A stretch of 64,000 nucleotides of DNA from Paraspadella gotoi (GCA_051294375.1 CM119269.1:3522690-3586689), one strand, 5' to 3'; positions 26,805-40,913 are shown, counted from the stretch's first letter. Numbers and translations: made by a program. Notes: generated by a model not told the origin, from the sequence alone.

Positions 26805-26880
26805 ATATAACTTATGAGATTTTTATTTCAGTTTTTCCAACTTATATAACTTATGAGATTTTTATTTCAGTTTTTCCAAC
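26805..26880 (+). repeat. ~38-bp tandem duplication
   Basis: tatataacttatgagatttttatttcagtttttccaac twice. Confidence 0.9.
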
Positions 26881-27874
26881 GTACCGTTTCTTTAAGCCTC
26901 TTATCTTCGGAGTAATTAGTTTCGCTTTCCCGGAAGTTAATTACTTAACACGATTGCTAAAAAAAACAAGAGTATTGTTAAAACTTTCTTTTCCCAGGGA
27001 AACGAGGTAAGTGCTGATAGGTGGGAATAAGGCCCGCTTCAGGACTTTTCAAGTGGTTAGAAAGTTTTTCGACTGCCTACACCTGTCTAATGGCGAAATG
27101 TCAATGGACTCGAGCGATTTGAATTTTTTTCGGTCTCAAAAAGTCTCGAGTCCTCGGCAGAATCTCAAGGCCGAGACTCGAGACCTGCGCAGGAGTCAAG
27201 TTCCAGGTTTCGAAGTCAAGGTTCGAGTCTCAAAGCCTCACTTCGAAGTCACCGGGATATTCTTTCACGTGATTGTGATACCGATTAATGTTTACTGTGA
27301 GGATAATCTCCCTCGAAACTGGACCCCCTGTAGACGAGGGCGTGATTCGGCGAAAGTGAAACCCAGCAGAAGGCGGTGATTACAAAGTAGAAAACGATAA
27401 TGTAACTCAGTCTTTCTGAATTATGGCCGCACGTTACGTATTGCGTAGATTGCTATGTACCGTCGCCTCAAGGCGGCTGGATTCGTTGAGTGAATCTAAA
27501 AAAAATTTTCCCACAATGACTAACTCGGCTAACAGTTGATAAAGACTCGTCCCTTCTATACTTAAAATCGCCAACACAAAATTGTGAGTTGTGCCGTTTT
27601 ACGTAGAAGTGGAATTAAGATTAAAACTGGATTCGATTTGGCGATAAAGAAACTTTTTTTTTTTAGACTTTTGGCACCCAGAAAAAAAAATAGGAAAACG
27701 ACAGAAAAAAATGGACGCGAGAAAAGAAAAGAAAAGAAAAATTAGGGAAGGCCAAAACTCTTCCACTTAACAACGATGACTAATGCGAACCAAGCAAATC
27801 CTTTCCATTCTTTTTTTCTCTTTTTTTTTTCTTTTTTCTTTCCTTCTATTTTCGCCCAACTATTCGGTTTTGTT

Positions 27875-27940
27875 TTTTTACTGCTTATGTATTTGTACTT
27901 GGTTTTGTTTTTACTGCTTATGTATTTGTACTTGGTTTTT
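27875..27940 (+). repeat. 33-bp tandem duplication
   Basis: tttactgcttatgtatttgtacttggtttt twice. Confidence 0.88.
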
Positions 27941-28583
27941 TATTTTTCTTTTGATTTCCTTCTATTTTTCGTTTTTCTTTTCTTTTTCTTTTATCTTTTC
28001 TTTTTCTTTTATCTTTCTATTTTTCTTCCATTTTTCCCCCTGTTATTTCTATTCATTCCGCGCTTTTTTCCTTCCATTCAAAAACCTCCTTCGGCCCGGG
28101 GAGGTCAAAGTCCCCCCAGGCCCGTCGCCGAGTGAATCACCGACGATTCACAGAATCACAGATTCACAGAATCGCGGTGAATCGAAGCCGAAGAGAGAAT
28201 GAATCACGAATGCAGAAAGAGAAATCGTCGAAAAAAAATACTGAGAAGTAAAGAATACTTTTTTTTTACAATTTATTCTATCTTTCTTATACATTATTCT
28301 CAACGAGAGAAATCGTCTCTTCTCTCTCTTCTTCTCTCGGTGAAAAGGATCTATCTCGTGATGCTCCATTTCTCTTTCACCTTCAGGTTTTTCTCTCTTT
28401 TTCAAGAGGAATTATTCTCCAAGGAGCCAAACTTTATCACAATCACCCTTTTTTTTTTATCAAAACGAGGCCAAAGTTTCGTTTAAAAAAAAATCATTCT
28501 TCGCCCAAGAGAAAGAAAAAAATGTTTCGTCAGATTCGATCCGATGAATCATAGATGTCATCGACGATTAGAGGAAAGAAGAA

Positions 28584-28618
<35 letters not shown>

Positions 28619-29284
28619 AGACGACGTTTACGACGACGTGGACGATCGCGTGGATGACCCCGTCAACTGAGATCACGGTTTCGAAGACGCGCGACATTTG
28701 TTTCGCCGAAGACGAAAAAGTGGGGGAGGTCGTGGTCGAGAGATTGTGATCCAGGTCGTGGTCGAGGTTGTGATTCAGTGAGCTAAGTTTGGAAGTTTTT
28801 CGTGATCCAAGTTTTTATCCGAGTTGGGATGTCAGTTGTCATGTCATTTGTGATGATCTAGCTTGCTATTTCACTTGTGATGTTTTTTTGTGACCCCGTC
28901 TTGGTTTCATCACTTGTGATTACGATTTTGCTTTGTTGAATCGAACACAGTGATCTCTGACTTGACGGTAATTTAATGTAAAAAGCCCCAATATTTTATT
29001 GTGATCGGATGGTGAACCATAGTCACCCAATCTTCTGCCCACGACACATTCGATACCCACGAGTCTTTTCTTCTCTATTTTTTTTTTAAATTTTTTTTTC
29101 TTTCCCCGAAATTCCCTTCGAATTCAATTTGAAAATTCTCAAAGCGAAAAGATTCGATTTCCGAAATAAAAAAAAAATACATATATTTTTTTCCGGAGTA
29201 AGAGAGAGGGGGGAACAGGGGCGCCATAGGAAGGGGGCGCCCGGGAAGGGACGGCGCTGGGCTCGCGCTCGATCTTGTGCGAGA

Positions 29285-29374
<90 letters not shown>

Positions 29375-30008
29375 CCTCCCTCTCTCTCCCTCTCATATTC
29401 AAATTCGATTTCGATATTACACTAAACTTTGACCAAAATGGCAGGAATTATATAAAGTTTGTACCAATACGATTTTTTTTCTCCCTGCCCTTGAAACAAC
29501 TACAACTATAACAACAACAGGCTCGTGACTAAATTTATTTTTCACGAAGGGAAAATTGGTTTAGAAATTTCGGTGAAAAAAAAGGAGGCATAAATTTATT
29601 TAAAACTCACCTCTCGAGTCTCGTGTCACAAAACATTGATTTCGACGCCCGAGTCCTTGATTGGAGAATATGTCGAAATTAAAAACGTCGCCTGTCATTT
29701 GTTGAGGACGTCGATTAGTCAGTAGGATTTCTTCTCGCTCTCTCATTGGCCAAAATATTTTCAAGTTTTACTTTTGCGGATAAATCCTTCTCCGTCTCTG
29801 ATTGGTTGCTTTTTTTCCTTCTCGACGTTGCGAAGTGTCTTCGCTCTATGATTGGATTAAACGATCTATCTCTTTCTTCGATTGGTTTCGGAAAGTTTCC
29901 TCTCGATACCGAAACGGTGTTCTCATTCCGTCGAGGATATTTCGTCGGGGTGATTTGCCGAACATTTTCAATGCATAAGATTTCGTGGAAAAGTTAAATT
30001 CTCGTTAC

Positions 30009-30094
30009 TACTTTTTGTGATTCTTTCATTTTTACTTAATCTTTTTGCGTTTACTTTTTGTGATTCTTTCATTTTTATTTAATCTTTTTGCGTT
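30009..30094 (+). repeat. 43-bp tandem duplication
   Basis: tactttttgtgattctttcattttta(c/t)ttaatctttttgcgtt twice. Confidence 0.88.
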
Positions 30095-30237
30095 CACTTT
30101 TTCCGTTCGTAAACATTATTGGATTTGATTTTACTCTTTTTTTCGTTTGTCAAAATATGCTCTTTTTAGTTGAAAAAATATCGATAATCAAATTTAAAAA
30201 AATCAATCATTATTCATTAACTTTCTCCATCATTCTC

Positions 30238-30305
<68 letters not shown>

Positions 30306-31942
30306 CCCCCCCATTTACCCCAGCCTCTCCACCCATCAAGCCACGCACCTTCCACTCTTGGCTTGAATAAAAAAAAAAAACATCATGAAGCTAAAAAATG
30401 TGTTTTATTTTACCTGCGCCCGGTTTTCATACGAGATCGGAGAGAGTTTTTTCATCAGGTGGCCGACACAATTTGTCAAAATATTATTTTTCCTCTCTAT
30501 AAAAATGGACAAAAGACGATTTATTTTCGAGGATCTACCGGTAAAGTAAAATATTTAAAAACAATATTTTTTTCCTTCTGCTCCTACAAGCATTCTATAT
30601 TTTTCAAGCCAAGCATGCTTGCCTCGAGAAAAAAGGCCTTATTTTCTAAAAGCGCCCAATTTTTTTTTTGAATTCGGAATTAGAAAGTTAACGGTTAAAG
30701 TAAGGGATTATTAGGTTAGGAATTAGTTCATTGATTAAAGTTAAGGATTTGGTTTGTGATTAGGGTTGGGGACTAACGTTTATGGTTCAGGATTAGGTGA
30801 CTATTAATGATTATGTTTATAATTAGATTATAAATTTAGCAACATATTTAAATTAAATATCGGGTTCCCTTGGAAAAGAGTGTCGACAGATCGCGAAAAA
30901 CTGAAATCATTTTTATCGGTCACTCGAAACTTTTGCCAAAAATTTCTTCGACATTTTCTTCGCGTCTTATCTTCGATTTCGAATATTTATGAGGCGGTCA
31001 TAACTGTCCGCAATTTTCCCTGCAACAAAAACCCGGGGCCGTATTTAGAAATAAACAAGAGTTAATCGAATTAACCAGGTTAATAAAGTCCTTAAGGGGA
31101 CTCAAAACTCCTTCAGTTTTTGTGGGAAAGATCCCCCCCCCAAAAAAATTATTGTCAGTTTTAGATTATTTTAAACAAACAAAAGTAAATTGAAGACCGA
31201 TTTTTTTCTCTCTCTCTCTCTCTCTTCATTTTTTACTTCAGCACTTTAAGCTGCCAATTCTTTCTGATTTGGCCACTAAATTCTCTTTTGACGCGTCAAA
31301 AATTTTTGAGAGCCATTTTTTTGGAAGAAAAAAAATAATGACATTAAACAAAAACAATGTTATTTCAACAAACTTCGCCGAAATATGTTATGCTCTTACG
31401 AAATATTTTCCAAGAAATTTTTTTTTCCGGCCAAAAACATTTTTTTGGACAAAAAAAGAACTAAAGAAATTCAAAACGAGATATTTTGAGGTTGAAAATT
31501 TTGTCTCATTTTTTATTCACGTACTAAAAATCTTGTTAAAAAAAAATCTTACTCTGGGAACTAAATATTATTTAATTTTTAGGGGAAACAAATTTTAAAG
31601 TAAAATTTAATATTCCTTCATCGTTGCTTCGTTGAAATTTTCTCGCTGGTTTTCCTCGGGGCGAACTCTCAGCAGCATCGTTCTAATCTTCATCCCCATC
31701 AGCATCATTTTCAACATCAACATCATCATCCTTTACATCATCAGCACCATCATCTCTCTCGTAATCTACAATTCGACTCGCTCTCGCTACATCTCGACTC
31801 CTTCGCCACGAAATTACGATTACAATGAAATTATTTATTCTCCCTCAAAAACTTTGCGCGTCTTAGGAGCGAACGCAATCTCGGAAGACGATCAAAACAT
31901 GGCTTGTACGTGAACTAGATTCACCCGATTCCTAAATTCATT

Positions 31943-32047
<105 letters not shown>

Positions 32048-32218
32048 TTCACGCAGAAACAATGCGAGGATAAGCCTCAGGTGGCAAAGTCTCGAATTCT
32101 TCAGAAAAAGAAAAAAAAAGATAAACAAATCCGGATAAAAATGACTTGAAGGGAAACATTCTTGCGAGATTCTCGCCGACGACAACAACAACAACAACAA
32201 CCACCATTTTCCGTCGTC

Positions 32219-33643
32219 ATGGAAACCAAGTCGAGCGTCGGGATTCTCGGATTCCCCGGAAGTCCGAAGATTCACCCGAAGGCGTCGACGACGGGGTCGT
32301 CCGGGCGTCAATACGACTCCGCTTTATCGACTTCGATCGTCAAACCCACGCCGCTTTCCTTCGCCTCTTCCTCTTCCTCTTCATCCTCCTCTTCCTCTTC
32401 TTCCTTCTTTCCATCCTCCCCCATCTCCACGCATCGAAAGGCGCTCATGTCTAAATCGATGACGCCGCCATCGACGCCGAAAGCGACGCACAAATCCCCG
32501 GCGTTCTTTTCTTTGACGCTGAAGCAAAAGAAAGGTAGCGCCGCGTCTACCGGCGGCGCTGCCGTCGAAACTTCTCGGAATGGCGTGGGCGTGGGAGCCG
32601 GTGACGGCGCCGCTTCGCAATCGCGCGCAAAGACTCTTTCTCCGACGCCGTTCATGACCCGCACGAAGTTGGAACGGGCAACGCCGGCGTCGAATCGTGC
32701 CACACCCACATCTGCGCCGATGACCGACGACGGCCAGTCTTCGACGCCCGTATTGCCGCCTTTGGAACCGGGCATCGTTCCAGCGGGAAACGGACCGACG
32801 CCTGTTTTGCCGCCATCGCTGTTTCCAGCCGCGGCGCTGCCGCCGCTGGCGTCGGCGCCGCCGCGATCTCCGCTTCCGGTACCGCGAACGGCGATCGGCG
32901 CGCCGTCTCCCAGAAGCGAAACCAGAAAACAAATGAACAAATCGCCGACGAATTTTCGCGCCAAACCGTCGCTCTCCGAATTCGTTGTTCGACAGCAACA
33001 GCAGCAACAGCAGTATCAGCAATCTCCGCTGCTTCAGCAGATGTACCTGCCGCCGCGTTCGCCTCCGCCGCCGGCGAAACCCAACATCTACTTCTTTCCA
33101 TCTCCCGAGGATTTGACTGATACGCCGCCGCCGCCGACGCCGCCTCCTCCTCCTCCGGCGCCGACGCTCTCGCTTCCGGTCGACTCATCCCTCATCGTCG
33201 CTCCGGCGTCGTCTTTATCGGCGTCGTCGTTGTCGGCGTCGTCGCTGTCGGCGTCTTCGATGACGGCGTCGACTTGTCCATCCTCCTTGGATCGGAGTCC
33301 AGCCGCCTCCACGCTCTCCATCGCTTCCTCCGGTTTCTCCACATCCTCTTCCAGTTTTCCGTCTCCGCCCATCAACGCCTACAACAACAACAACAATCCG
33401 ACGGGCGCGCCCTCTCTAGTCTCTTCCTTGGCGCCGCCGTCGTCGTCCTCGTCTTCCAAATCGTTTTGGTCCGAAATGTTTCCGGACAAACGGATTCCTA
33501 TTCCGCGTCCGGACGCGCGGACCGACGAGCCGAGACGTTGCGCCAGTCCGTACGGCCGGCCTGCGCAGGGGTTGTCCGTCGGTCCAACGATTTGTCCGGA
33601 CGGATTGGGGACGGACAAGGGAGACGCGGACCGACCGCCCGTG
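32219..33643 (+). CDS. Long Ser/Pro-rich open exon inside the NAV intron (about 475 codons); candidate alternative first coding exon
   Basis: ORF 32162-33721 is open through non-repetitive GC-rich sequence. ATG at 32219 is in gtcATGg context. In-frame phase-0 donor candidates gtg|gcaagt (33644) or ccc|gtggca (33641) come just before an (AAGAG)n tract. Confidence 0.6.
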
Positions 33644-33654
33644 GCAAGTATTCG

Positions 33655-33717
33655 AGAGAGAAGAGAAGAGAAGAGAAGAGAAGAGAAGAGAAGAGAAGAG
33701 AAGAGAAGAGAAGAGAA
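33655..33717 (+). repeat. (AAGAG)n pentanucleotide repeat
   Basis: Seen directly; it produces the REEKR tail of ORF 32162-33721. Confidence 0.93.
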
Positions 33718-36624
33718 CTGAAATGAAAAAAAAACAAAAAACTGTGCAGTGGTCAAGAAGAGTAAAGAGGTGAACCAGAAGCCCAAAAACTCACCAGAAA
33801 ATGCCCTGCGCAAATTTNNNNNNNNNNNNNNNNNNNNNNNNNAAAAGAGTTTATAGGAAAACGAGAGTGAAAACTGACCAGCCTTCTCGCGACTCTTTCA
33901 TCTCTCCTCTCTCATCTCTCTCTCTCATCTCTTCTCTTCTCCTCATCTCTCTCTCTCGTCTCTTCTCTCTCCTCTTCTCTTCTTTTCATTCCATACACCC
34001 ATTTGTTTATGTTTTATTACGAATGAATGGATTCATCGCGTCATGAATGACTATCATCGCATCAATGAATGATTATCATATATCCATGAATGATATAGCA
34101 TCAATCGAACATCATGCGATAATGCATACTGATATCATCGAATGAGACATTGAGCTCTCGATCATCATATCAGTTATTTTGGGCTTATCAATCGCATCAA
34201 TTATTGGGTTATCATCGCATCTCAATTTAGTTATCATCGGCATCCAATATTATTTGCTCGTTAACCATCGAAAGCGTGCCCTCGAGATTCCCTATTGCTT
34301 TTACAGATTTTTTTAAAACGAAATAAAACAACATACAAAAAAAAGGATTAAAACAAACAATAAAAGAGAAAAACGAAGAAAAAATTCCAGGTGGAGAATG
34401 AAGAAAAAATGTGACGATTCCTACGCAGATGAATAAACAAGGGGATGAAATGGAGAACATGATTTTCTGTTTGGCTTCCCTCCCAATACGCCCCCCCCAC
34501 CTCCGCTTCAGCAATTGAGATATTCCTTTAAAAAAGAATTTATTGTCATTTCATTCTCTGTTAATCTTTTATTTTTCTGCCGCTCATCTTCTTGACCTCT
34601 TTCCGTCGTCTCCTTGTTTNNNNNNNNNNNNNNNNNNNNNNNNNNNNNNNNNNNNNNNNNNNNNNNNNNNNNNNNNNNNNNNNNNNNNNNNNNNNNNNNN
34701 NNNNNNNNNNNNNNNNNNNNNNNNNNNNNNNNNNNNNNNNNNNNNNNNNNNNNNNNNNNNNNNNNNNNNNNNNNNNNNNNNNNNNNNNNNNNNNNNNNNN
34801 NNNNNNNNNNNNNNNNNNNNNNNNNNNNNNNNNNNNNNNNNNNNNNNNNNNNNNNNNNNNNNNNNNNNNNNNNNNNNNNNNNNNNNNNNNNNNNNNNNNN
34901 NNNNNNNNNNNNNNNNNNNNNNNNNNGAATCGTAAACAGAGTAAATTCTTGGCCTCGTTTTTACTCCGCCGTTGTTGTCGTTGTTGTTATCGCGCTCGCT
35001 TCCGTTAAATCTTCTGTTTCGTAAGGACGCTTGTCCGTTAGTTCGGTGACCCGGAAGGCCCGATCTCCCATTTTGAAACTGGAGACCGATCGGGCACTCG
35101 ACCTCGAGAGAGAGTGGCCCGCCCTCAATTAAAGGGTTGTCTTCTCCAACAAACTGACGAAACGAAGGGGGAAAAAAACTTTTGACAAACGATTCATCCG
35201 AAAGAAACTGAACCGAAAAATAAAAAAAATAAAACAAAACTAAATAAAGCANNNNNNNNNNNNNNNNNNNNNNNNNACAGCTTCAAGCAAATAGAAAAAG
35301 AAGAGAGAGAGAGGACCACCACATACGGCGATTCGGTTAAGATTCGACCCGCCTTCAAGATTTGGGACCGCAGCGGGATTTTTTTCCCCCCCCCCTAGCC
35401 CTTCCCGCTTTGTTTCGCCACGGCGGGTCTCCCGACTTTTAAAGTCGGAAGCCGCCCGCCCTAGGAAACCCCCCTCCACTCAATGACTTCGCTTTACAGC
35501 GCGCCACTCTGCTTTTCAGTCAGCACTGCAACGCAAAAATTCACCCCCGGTTTTCACATCTTCCTCATTTTTCCCTGTAGGTCGTCGAAGTACAGCCCCC
35601 CCCGGCTTCTTCCGTCTAGAAACGAAAGGACCACGCCGCTCACTCCTGGGCCACCCCGTCAAGTCTGATAAAAACAGAGGAAGACTTCCGATGGTACCAC
35701 TTCCGATTATTGTCAGATGGCCCCCGATTCGGCAAGGGGGAAGGATTGGAAGGGATTTTATTATTCTCTTAGCGGGGTGGGCAAGAAGAGTGGCATTGGC
35801 AGAGAGAGAGAGATGAGAGAGTGGAGAGGAGAGTGAGAGAGAGAGAAAGAGATGATGAAAGAGAGAGACAATATCAACAGTCAGCCAGGCAGAAGAAGGG
35901 CACGCAGTAAGAGACAAAGAAAACAAAAGACAGACCTCGGATCCGAAAGATAATTAGTACGGCACCACAGGCGCCAGGGTGATGAGAATAATACTTGGCT
36001 AGGTGCGGGTGGTTGTCTCGTGCGTTGTCGAGTCGTGTTCAAGGGGGGGGAACGAGGTCGGCCAGCTGGGACTGGTTGGAAGAAGATGCGCAGGCTGGAT
36101 TTTTTTTTTGATTGGTTTTGATTGATTCCGGTTATAGAATTTCGACGGGATGCCGTCCAGATATGGAGAATGTTTGGAACGATAACAGAACCGGAGAAAA
36201 ATAAAAGAATTTTAGATTATGTTTGATGTAGAAAGAACAATTTTAAACCACTAAGTACGAAAGGAAGAAAAAGTTGAACAAACGAGTTAACAAGTTTTTC
36301 ACGAAATGAGCGAAGTTTAAAACTAAATTGGAAATCAGGAGACGAAAAGAAAATAGCGAAGGCGGAGTGAATCAACAAAGAAGGAGGCAGTGAGAAGGGG
36401 CAGGGACGAAGATGGAAAAAAAAAAGGAAATGAAGGTTCCAAAAGAAAAGAGAAGAAGTGATAAAAAGAGAAGTGAGAGTGAGAGAACAAAGAAGGAATT
36501 GTCGGTTGCGGCGGAAGCGAAGTTTCCGAGACGAAAAAAAAAGAGAGAAAATCGCGGAAGGCGAAGTTCACGAGTTTCAGGGTTTTCACACGATTTCGTG
36601 TCCCGAAAGATTTTTAAAATCACA

Positions 36625-36706
<82 letters not shown>

Positions 36707-38856
36707 TCTGTTCTCTTCACCCCTCTCTCCGCTTCCTATGTCAAGGCAGCTGTTTTGTGTCCACTTCTCATCTTTGCTAAGTTGGCCTGTCTCACCGTTT
36801 TCTTTCTCGGCCCACTTGTTTTGAGACTTCGCTCTCTGTTTTATAACTCTCTCCATTAAATAGAATCGATTATATCGCTGATATATATTTAAATGGCCTC
36901 GGATAAATATTTTAGGTTACCATCTCGATTTCATCTGGTTAAAATAAAATGTTAGTTTTAATTCTCCTCTATTAGCGGCCAGACATTTGCTTATTTTGAG
37001 TCAAAGTTTGACTAGGGTTTGTTGAGACGACGACGAAAGTCGCGGGAGGGTGTCAGAAACTGTGTCGGATATAATAGAAGGCCACTGAAAAATTAAAAAC
37101 AATTCATTTACCGTAAGTTTAATTAATATTATAACTCTTTCTCTCTGGAATGTTTAATGACGATCCTTTCTTCTGACCGAAAATCGTTCGAAAATTACAA
37201 ATAGTAGGGAAAAAGTAGGATAACGAAAATTTGTGAGAAAATAAATTGGGGACAACGTCATCGCAGGATTACAGAAACGAGTGAATCTTCATCCTTTCAA
37301 AAAATAAAAAAATAAAACTTTTTCTGTAATTTCAGAATCACTGTTTCTGAATCGGATTAAAACGGGAGTTTGAAAAGACGTTTCCGACAGTTTTTTTTTT
37401 TTTTTTTTTTTTTAATCCGTAGTAATAATCTAATTAATCTTTAATGCGTCCTTAAGCTTTTCTCCCTCTTTTCTTCCAGAGCCTGCCACCCACTCCGCAT
37501 GGTTTTTTTTTTTCCGGACTAACGGTCTCCGATAAAAGATGTTAACTATTTTTTCGCGGGAGGAAAAATTAGTGCTGATTAGAAATGGGGCGCTCGTCGA
37601 TGGGTTGCGATAAAATGAAACGCAAGAAATTACGAGATCGAAAAGTCGAAGTCTTGATTTGATTGTTCTTACTTTCACGACCGCTGCTTGCGGTTCGCTA
37701 CGGGACAGGGCAGGCGCATGATTGATTTTCTATTAAAACTTCTAATTTTCATATGTTTCTGATAAATGTTCATTATTATTAAAATGCAAGCTTTTTTTGT
37801 TGTATCGTAAAAGTCCACAAATGGGCGCTCAGCATAGGATCTATTAGAGTAAGTGGATATTTTAGTAAAAAAAAAACTCTTTTAATATTAATATTATTAA
37901 AAAAAGATTCGGCAACAAACAGAGTCGGTTTTATTTCCCCTTCCCCCTCGCTTCTCTCGTTTCATAAATTAGGGTGAATATTTTGGGTTCGCGGCGAATA
38001 ACCAGTTAATGGAGAAAACCGTTACGAAAACGAGAACAATTTTTTGGACAGCGATGAGAATTTTCGAATTTTTTTGGCATCTATGATGTTTGTATGGGGT
38101 TTTCCTGTCTCGGGAATTTTTTTTTACTGCTCGGGTGGCGGGAAGAGGCTGACTCAGTTTGTCCGTCTGTCTGTCTTTCCGTTTGANNNNNNNNNNNNNN
38201 NNNNNNNNNNNNNNNNNNNNNNNNNNNNNNNNNNNNNNNNNNNNNNNNNNNNNNNNNNNNNNNNNNNNNNNNNNNNNNNNNNNNNNNNNNNNNNNNNNNN
38301 NNNNNNNNNNNNNNNNNNNNNNNNNNNNNNNNNNNNNNNNNNNNNNNNNNNNNNNNNNNNNNNNNNNNNNNNNNNNNNNNNNNNNNNNNNNNNNNNNNNN
38401 NNNGCAACCCCATAATCTTACCCGATCGTTCGCCCCCTCCCCTTAAAAATCGCCCCGAACTAAAGGATTTATGCCCGGAGTTGAAGGGTCTTTCTCTCTC
38501 TCTCGCTTTCGCTCTCTCTCTCTCGCGCTCGCTCGCTCTCTATCTTTCTCTCTCTCTCTCTCTCTCGTTAAAATTTCTGACATGATCCTTGTCGATCGTT
38601 TCGCTGTTGGCAATTAGAATTTATTAATTTTTTAGATATTGTAATCCTAATTCTAATCGTGGTATAAAAAAAAGGCTTTCATTAGTAATATATATATATA
38701 TATTATATAGGTTGTTTCAATTTCATAGAAATAATTTACATTTTTGGACTCACGAAAGTCTTGGTTAAACATCGTCAGGTTGACCTTGAGTCAAATGACC
38801 GAACAGATCTTTCATCGTTCCTCATTTACAAATCATCGTCTTTTACTTTTGAAGAA

Positions 38857-38919
<63 letters not shown>

Positions 38920-39351
38920 CATTTTTATTTAAAATTTAACTTTTGAATGTTTGAATATTTTTAATTGTAAAATTAATCTTCAACGCCAGCTTTTTATCAT
39001 CGTTTTTTCTCTGCCAGTTAAACAGTTATGGTTTGGTTCGAAACATGATTCAAATTACGAATAAAAAAATACACCGCGCGTGAAACTCCATTCGCAGTGT
39101 TTAGTTCTAGTGATTAGGACTGGTTCCTGATACATAATGTAAAAGAAAAAAAATTATAAATTGCATAAACTACCCTTTTATAAAATTAAAATGGAACCTC
39201 AACTTTCTTACAAGTTTAATTTTTGTAGACATAGTTCTCTCTCTTTCTTCTCTTTCTTCTTTCTTCTCTCTCTTCCTATGATGAGGTTTCTTGATTTCTT
39301 ATCCCATTTGTTCATCTCTGGCAGAAAGGATATTGAAGGCGGCTGGGATAA

Positions 39352-39398
<47 letters not shown>

Positions 39399-39727
39399 TA
39401 AGAAAGAAATATATATGAGAGCTTTTTTTCATGATGAAAATCAGTATAGCGTGCAAGACGAATATTTATGCATTGATGAGCGTAATATTTTATAAAAGTA
39501 ATTGTTCGTAAAAATAATTAATTTTTCTTTTTCTTTTCCCCTTTTCCGCTTCTTTCCCTTCATGCTTCGTCATTAACAGGTAAGTCGCTGCGTTAACTTT
39601 TTATTTAATTATATTGTTTTTCTTAAATTTTTTTCAATCATAAGTATCTTCTGTAATTTTTATGAGCGCCATTAAATTACTTAGAGATTCTGCGAAGATT
39701 ATCTCTTATTGTCCGTTCATAAGTCGA

Positions 39728-39779
<52 letters not shown>

Positions 39780-39979
39780 AAATAAGAATTTTTTCGAGCC
39801 TAATCGGAGGATCTTTCTGCAACAAAAATTTTGTTCAAGAGTAGATATTTTCAAGTGACTTGGGCACTTTTGTTTTAAGAAGGACCGATAAAAGAAAGCG
39901 AAGTGAGGGATGTGTCTAATCCTACAGAAAAAAAAAAGGAAGACAAAGTGACAGTACTGACAAGAAAGAATGAAGATCT

Positions 39980-40011
<32 letters not shown>

Positions 40012-40857
40012 TCTACTCTCTCTCTCTCTCTCTCTCCGAATCTCTCCTCTCTCTCTCTCTGCCTCTCTGAAACGACGAAAAGAAAAGGAGAAATTTATTA
40101 CAAAAACTAGGAAGAGAAGGAAAGAATAATTCATTAAGGCTAATAGACAGAGAAAGTAAAACTGCGACGACAACTAATATCGAAAAAAGAAAAACAAACA
40201 ATACAGCCGCGGAAGGGGAGACCCAATTTTTTCTTGCTCATTGTTTTTTTAATCATTTTTTTAACTTCCTAAGATAAAACCGAGATATTATACCTTCCGC
40301 TCGTCTAAACTGACAAGCAGACGTCCTGCAGCTGTAGGTTCCTGTTATCGCTATGTTATATCATATGTGCCTTTTAAAGAGTTTGCCTTTGGAGAGATTA
40401 TATTATCGAGATGTCTCTTCGCTCTCATCCGTTCTCTGCCTCATCTCTCGTCTCCCGCTCCCACTCTTCTCATCTTCCTCTTCTCCTCTCTCTCATTGTT
40501 TAAACGTCCTAAGTTTTATAACGATTAAACCTCGCCCCCGCGGTCTGCCACGCCAAAGATATCACGAGTCGACCATCCCCGCTACCTCTTTCATTGTTCA
40601 AGCACATGGACTCCCCATGAATTCTTGATCCTCTTTTCATTTTTCGTTTCCACCCGCGACACCATGACCCTTTCTTTCTTTCTTTCTTCTCGCTGGTTCC
40701 GTCAACGGGCGGAAAGAACCAATCAAAATTCGATTTGGAGAACGGGGCCGACCAATGGAAAGACGCGTTCTTCTTTCTCTCCCTTTCGTGAAAATTTACA
40801 GAGTTGCCAATTAAATAAAATTGAAAAGGCCAGTTTTTTTTTTAGCGAAGAATTGGG

Positions 40858-40913
<56 letters not shown>

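Noticed and set aside
28543-28749. Protamine-like poly-Arg or poly-Thr ORFs
   Set aside because: Explained by a (GAC)n microsatellite.
32308-33813. Minus-strand ORFs overlapping the Ser/Pro-rich exon
   Set aside because: Antisense shadows of a GC-rich coding frame.
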